Below are positions 23,266-24,000 of a stretch of 24,000 nt of DNA, in pieces; position 1 is the first letter of the stretch; each line of letters opens with the position of its first letter. A model generated the notes under the pieces. That model did no database searches, was not told the origin of the DNA, and was given only the letters and a program-made list of their open reading frames with translations. The position numbers and the translations under genes are program-made. The DNA lies in the NCBI GenBank assembly GCA_037446035.1, contig JBBIJJ010000021.1, forward strand, positions 5,954 to 29,953, read 5' to 3'. The stretch is from Burkholderiales bacterium. GTDB lineage: Bacteria > Pseudomonadota > Gammaproteobacteria > Burkholderiales > Burkholderiaceae_F.

Positions 23266-24000
23266 CCGCAGATTCGACGTGTACTGCACTTGATCCGCGT
23301 CATCGGCAAACTTGTCCTCAGCCCGTTGCTCGCCTGGCAGGCACTGCGCGTGCGCCGCATGACGCCGCGACTGCCCGTGGCCGCAGGGGCGCGCGCGGGC
23401 GAAGTCGGCACTGGCGAGTCGCTGCGACTGCTCGTCGTCGGCGAATCGACCGCAGTCGGCGTCGGCGCCGCGCATCACGGAGAAGCGCTGGCCGGCGAGC
23501 TGGCCGTGCGGCTCGCGGCGAAGCTCGGCCGGCGCGTGTGCTGGCGCGTGATCGGCGAAAACGGCGCGAACGCGCGCCGTACACTGCGACTGCTCGAAGC
23601 GGCGCACGACGCCGCGGCCGATCTCGCGGTCGTCGCGCTCGGCGTCAACGACGTGCTCGAACAGACCTCCGCGGCGCGCTGGTCGCGCGACATGGCCGCG
23701 CTGGTCGCCGCGTTGCACGCGCGCACCGGCGCGCGCGAGGTGATCCTGCTCGAGGTGCCGCCGCTGGCGCACTTTCCGGCGCTGCCGCGCCCGCTGCGCG
23801 ACGTGCTGGGCTGGGACGCGCGCCGGCTCGACGCGGCGCTCGCGCGCGTCGCGGCGCGGCTCGACGCGCCCGCTCGGCCTGTGCGGCACTATCGTTTCGC
23901 TTTCGACGGCACGCGCGAGTTCTTCGCGCGCGACGGCTTCCATCCCTCGGCGCGCGGCTATGCGCGCTGGGCCGAGCTGATCGCCGCGCGTTACGCGCAC
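23260..24000 (+). CDS. SGNH/GDSL-family hydrolase (partial; continues beyond the window)
   Basis: Not in the supplied track because it has no stop in the window. I translated this frame by hand and it is open to 24000. It shows SGNH blocks LLVVGESTAVGVG (block I Ser), ALGVNDV (block III) and DGFHPS (block V). The start is uncertain: GTG 23260 (GGAG 4 nt upstream), TTG 23290 or ATG 23359. Confidence 0.75.
   Translation, partial: MHPQIRRVLHLIRVIGKLVLSPLLAWQALRVRRMTPRLPVAAGARAGEVGTGESLRLLVVGESTAVGVGAAHHGEALAGELAVRLAAKLGRRVCWRVIGENGANARRTLRLLEAAHDAAADLAVVALGVNDVLEQTSAARWSRDMAALVAALHARTGAREVILLEVPPLAHFPALPRPLRDVLGWDARRLDAALARVAARLDAPARPVRHYRFAFDGTREFFARDGFHPSARGYARWAELIAARYAH

Noticed and set aside
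23008-24000. The 330-aa minus-strand ORF at the right edge.
   Set aside because: It is antisense to a plus-strand frame with clear SGNH hydrolase blocks (GES, GxND, DxxH), and its own translation is Arg/Ala-rich with no motifs.

Overview
High-GC, densely coding chromosomal window that looks like a Burkholderia-type betaproteobacterium (inferred from GC content, protein families and gene order; no database search was possible). I saw no rRNA, tRNA or CRISPR array, and the content is mostly core metabolism rather than an obvious accessory island. Minus strand, 0.1-4.9 kb: a FucA-like class II aldolase and mtnA, followed by a rearranged block. Read right to left, that block is a full DksA/TraR zinc-finger gene, a small beta-barrel OMP, an mtnA 5' fragment joined to a dksA 3' fragment, a second OMP carrying an in-frame TAA, and then the full mtnA. 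This is the pattern a microhomology-mediated tandem duplication would produce. Plus strand, 5.1-10.1 kb: a Pat-type (ADP-forming acyl-CoA synthetase plus GNAT) protein acetyltransferase, an L-2-hydroxyglutarate-oxidase-like flavoprotein, and a TraB/GumN protein. Minus strand, 10.1-13.3 kb: a cluster of cytochrome b561-YceI fusion, YceI, GstA-like GST and YgiD-like extradiol dioxygenase, divergent from a LysR regulator. Plus strand, 14.4-23.1 kb: a fatty-acid beta-oxidation operon (TetR, long acyl-CoA dehydrogenase, FadB-like enzyme, thiolase, NTF2-like protein, enoyl-CoA hydratase, PaaI thioesterase), then a partial SGNH hydrolase. The most unusual feature is a family of hairpin-plus-G-tract repeats in the intergenic gaps of the fad operon. 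One inverted pair of these repeats encloses an intact DUF559 (Vsr-like) endonuclease gene inserted between the FadB-like gene and the thiolase. A second pair is an 'empty' ~100-bp doublet. Other points of interest are a perfect FNR/Anr box upstream of the dksA-like gene, a 12-bp perfect palindrome upstream of the TetR gene, and a candidate leaderless LysR start. The many long R/A/G/P-rich ORFs in the track that lie antisense to or out of frame with these genes are treated as high-GC artefacts.
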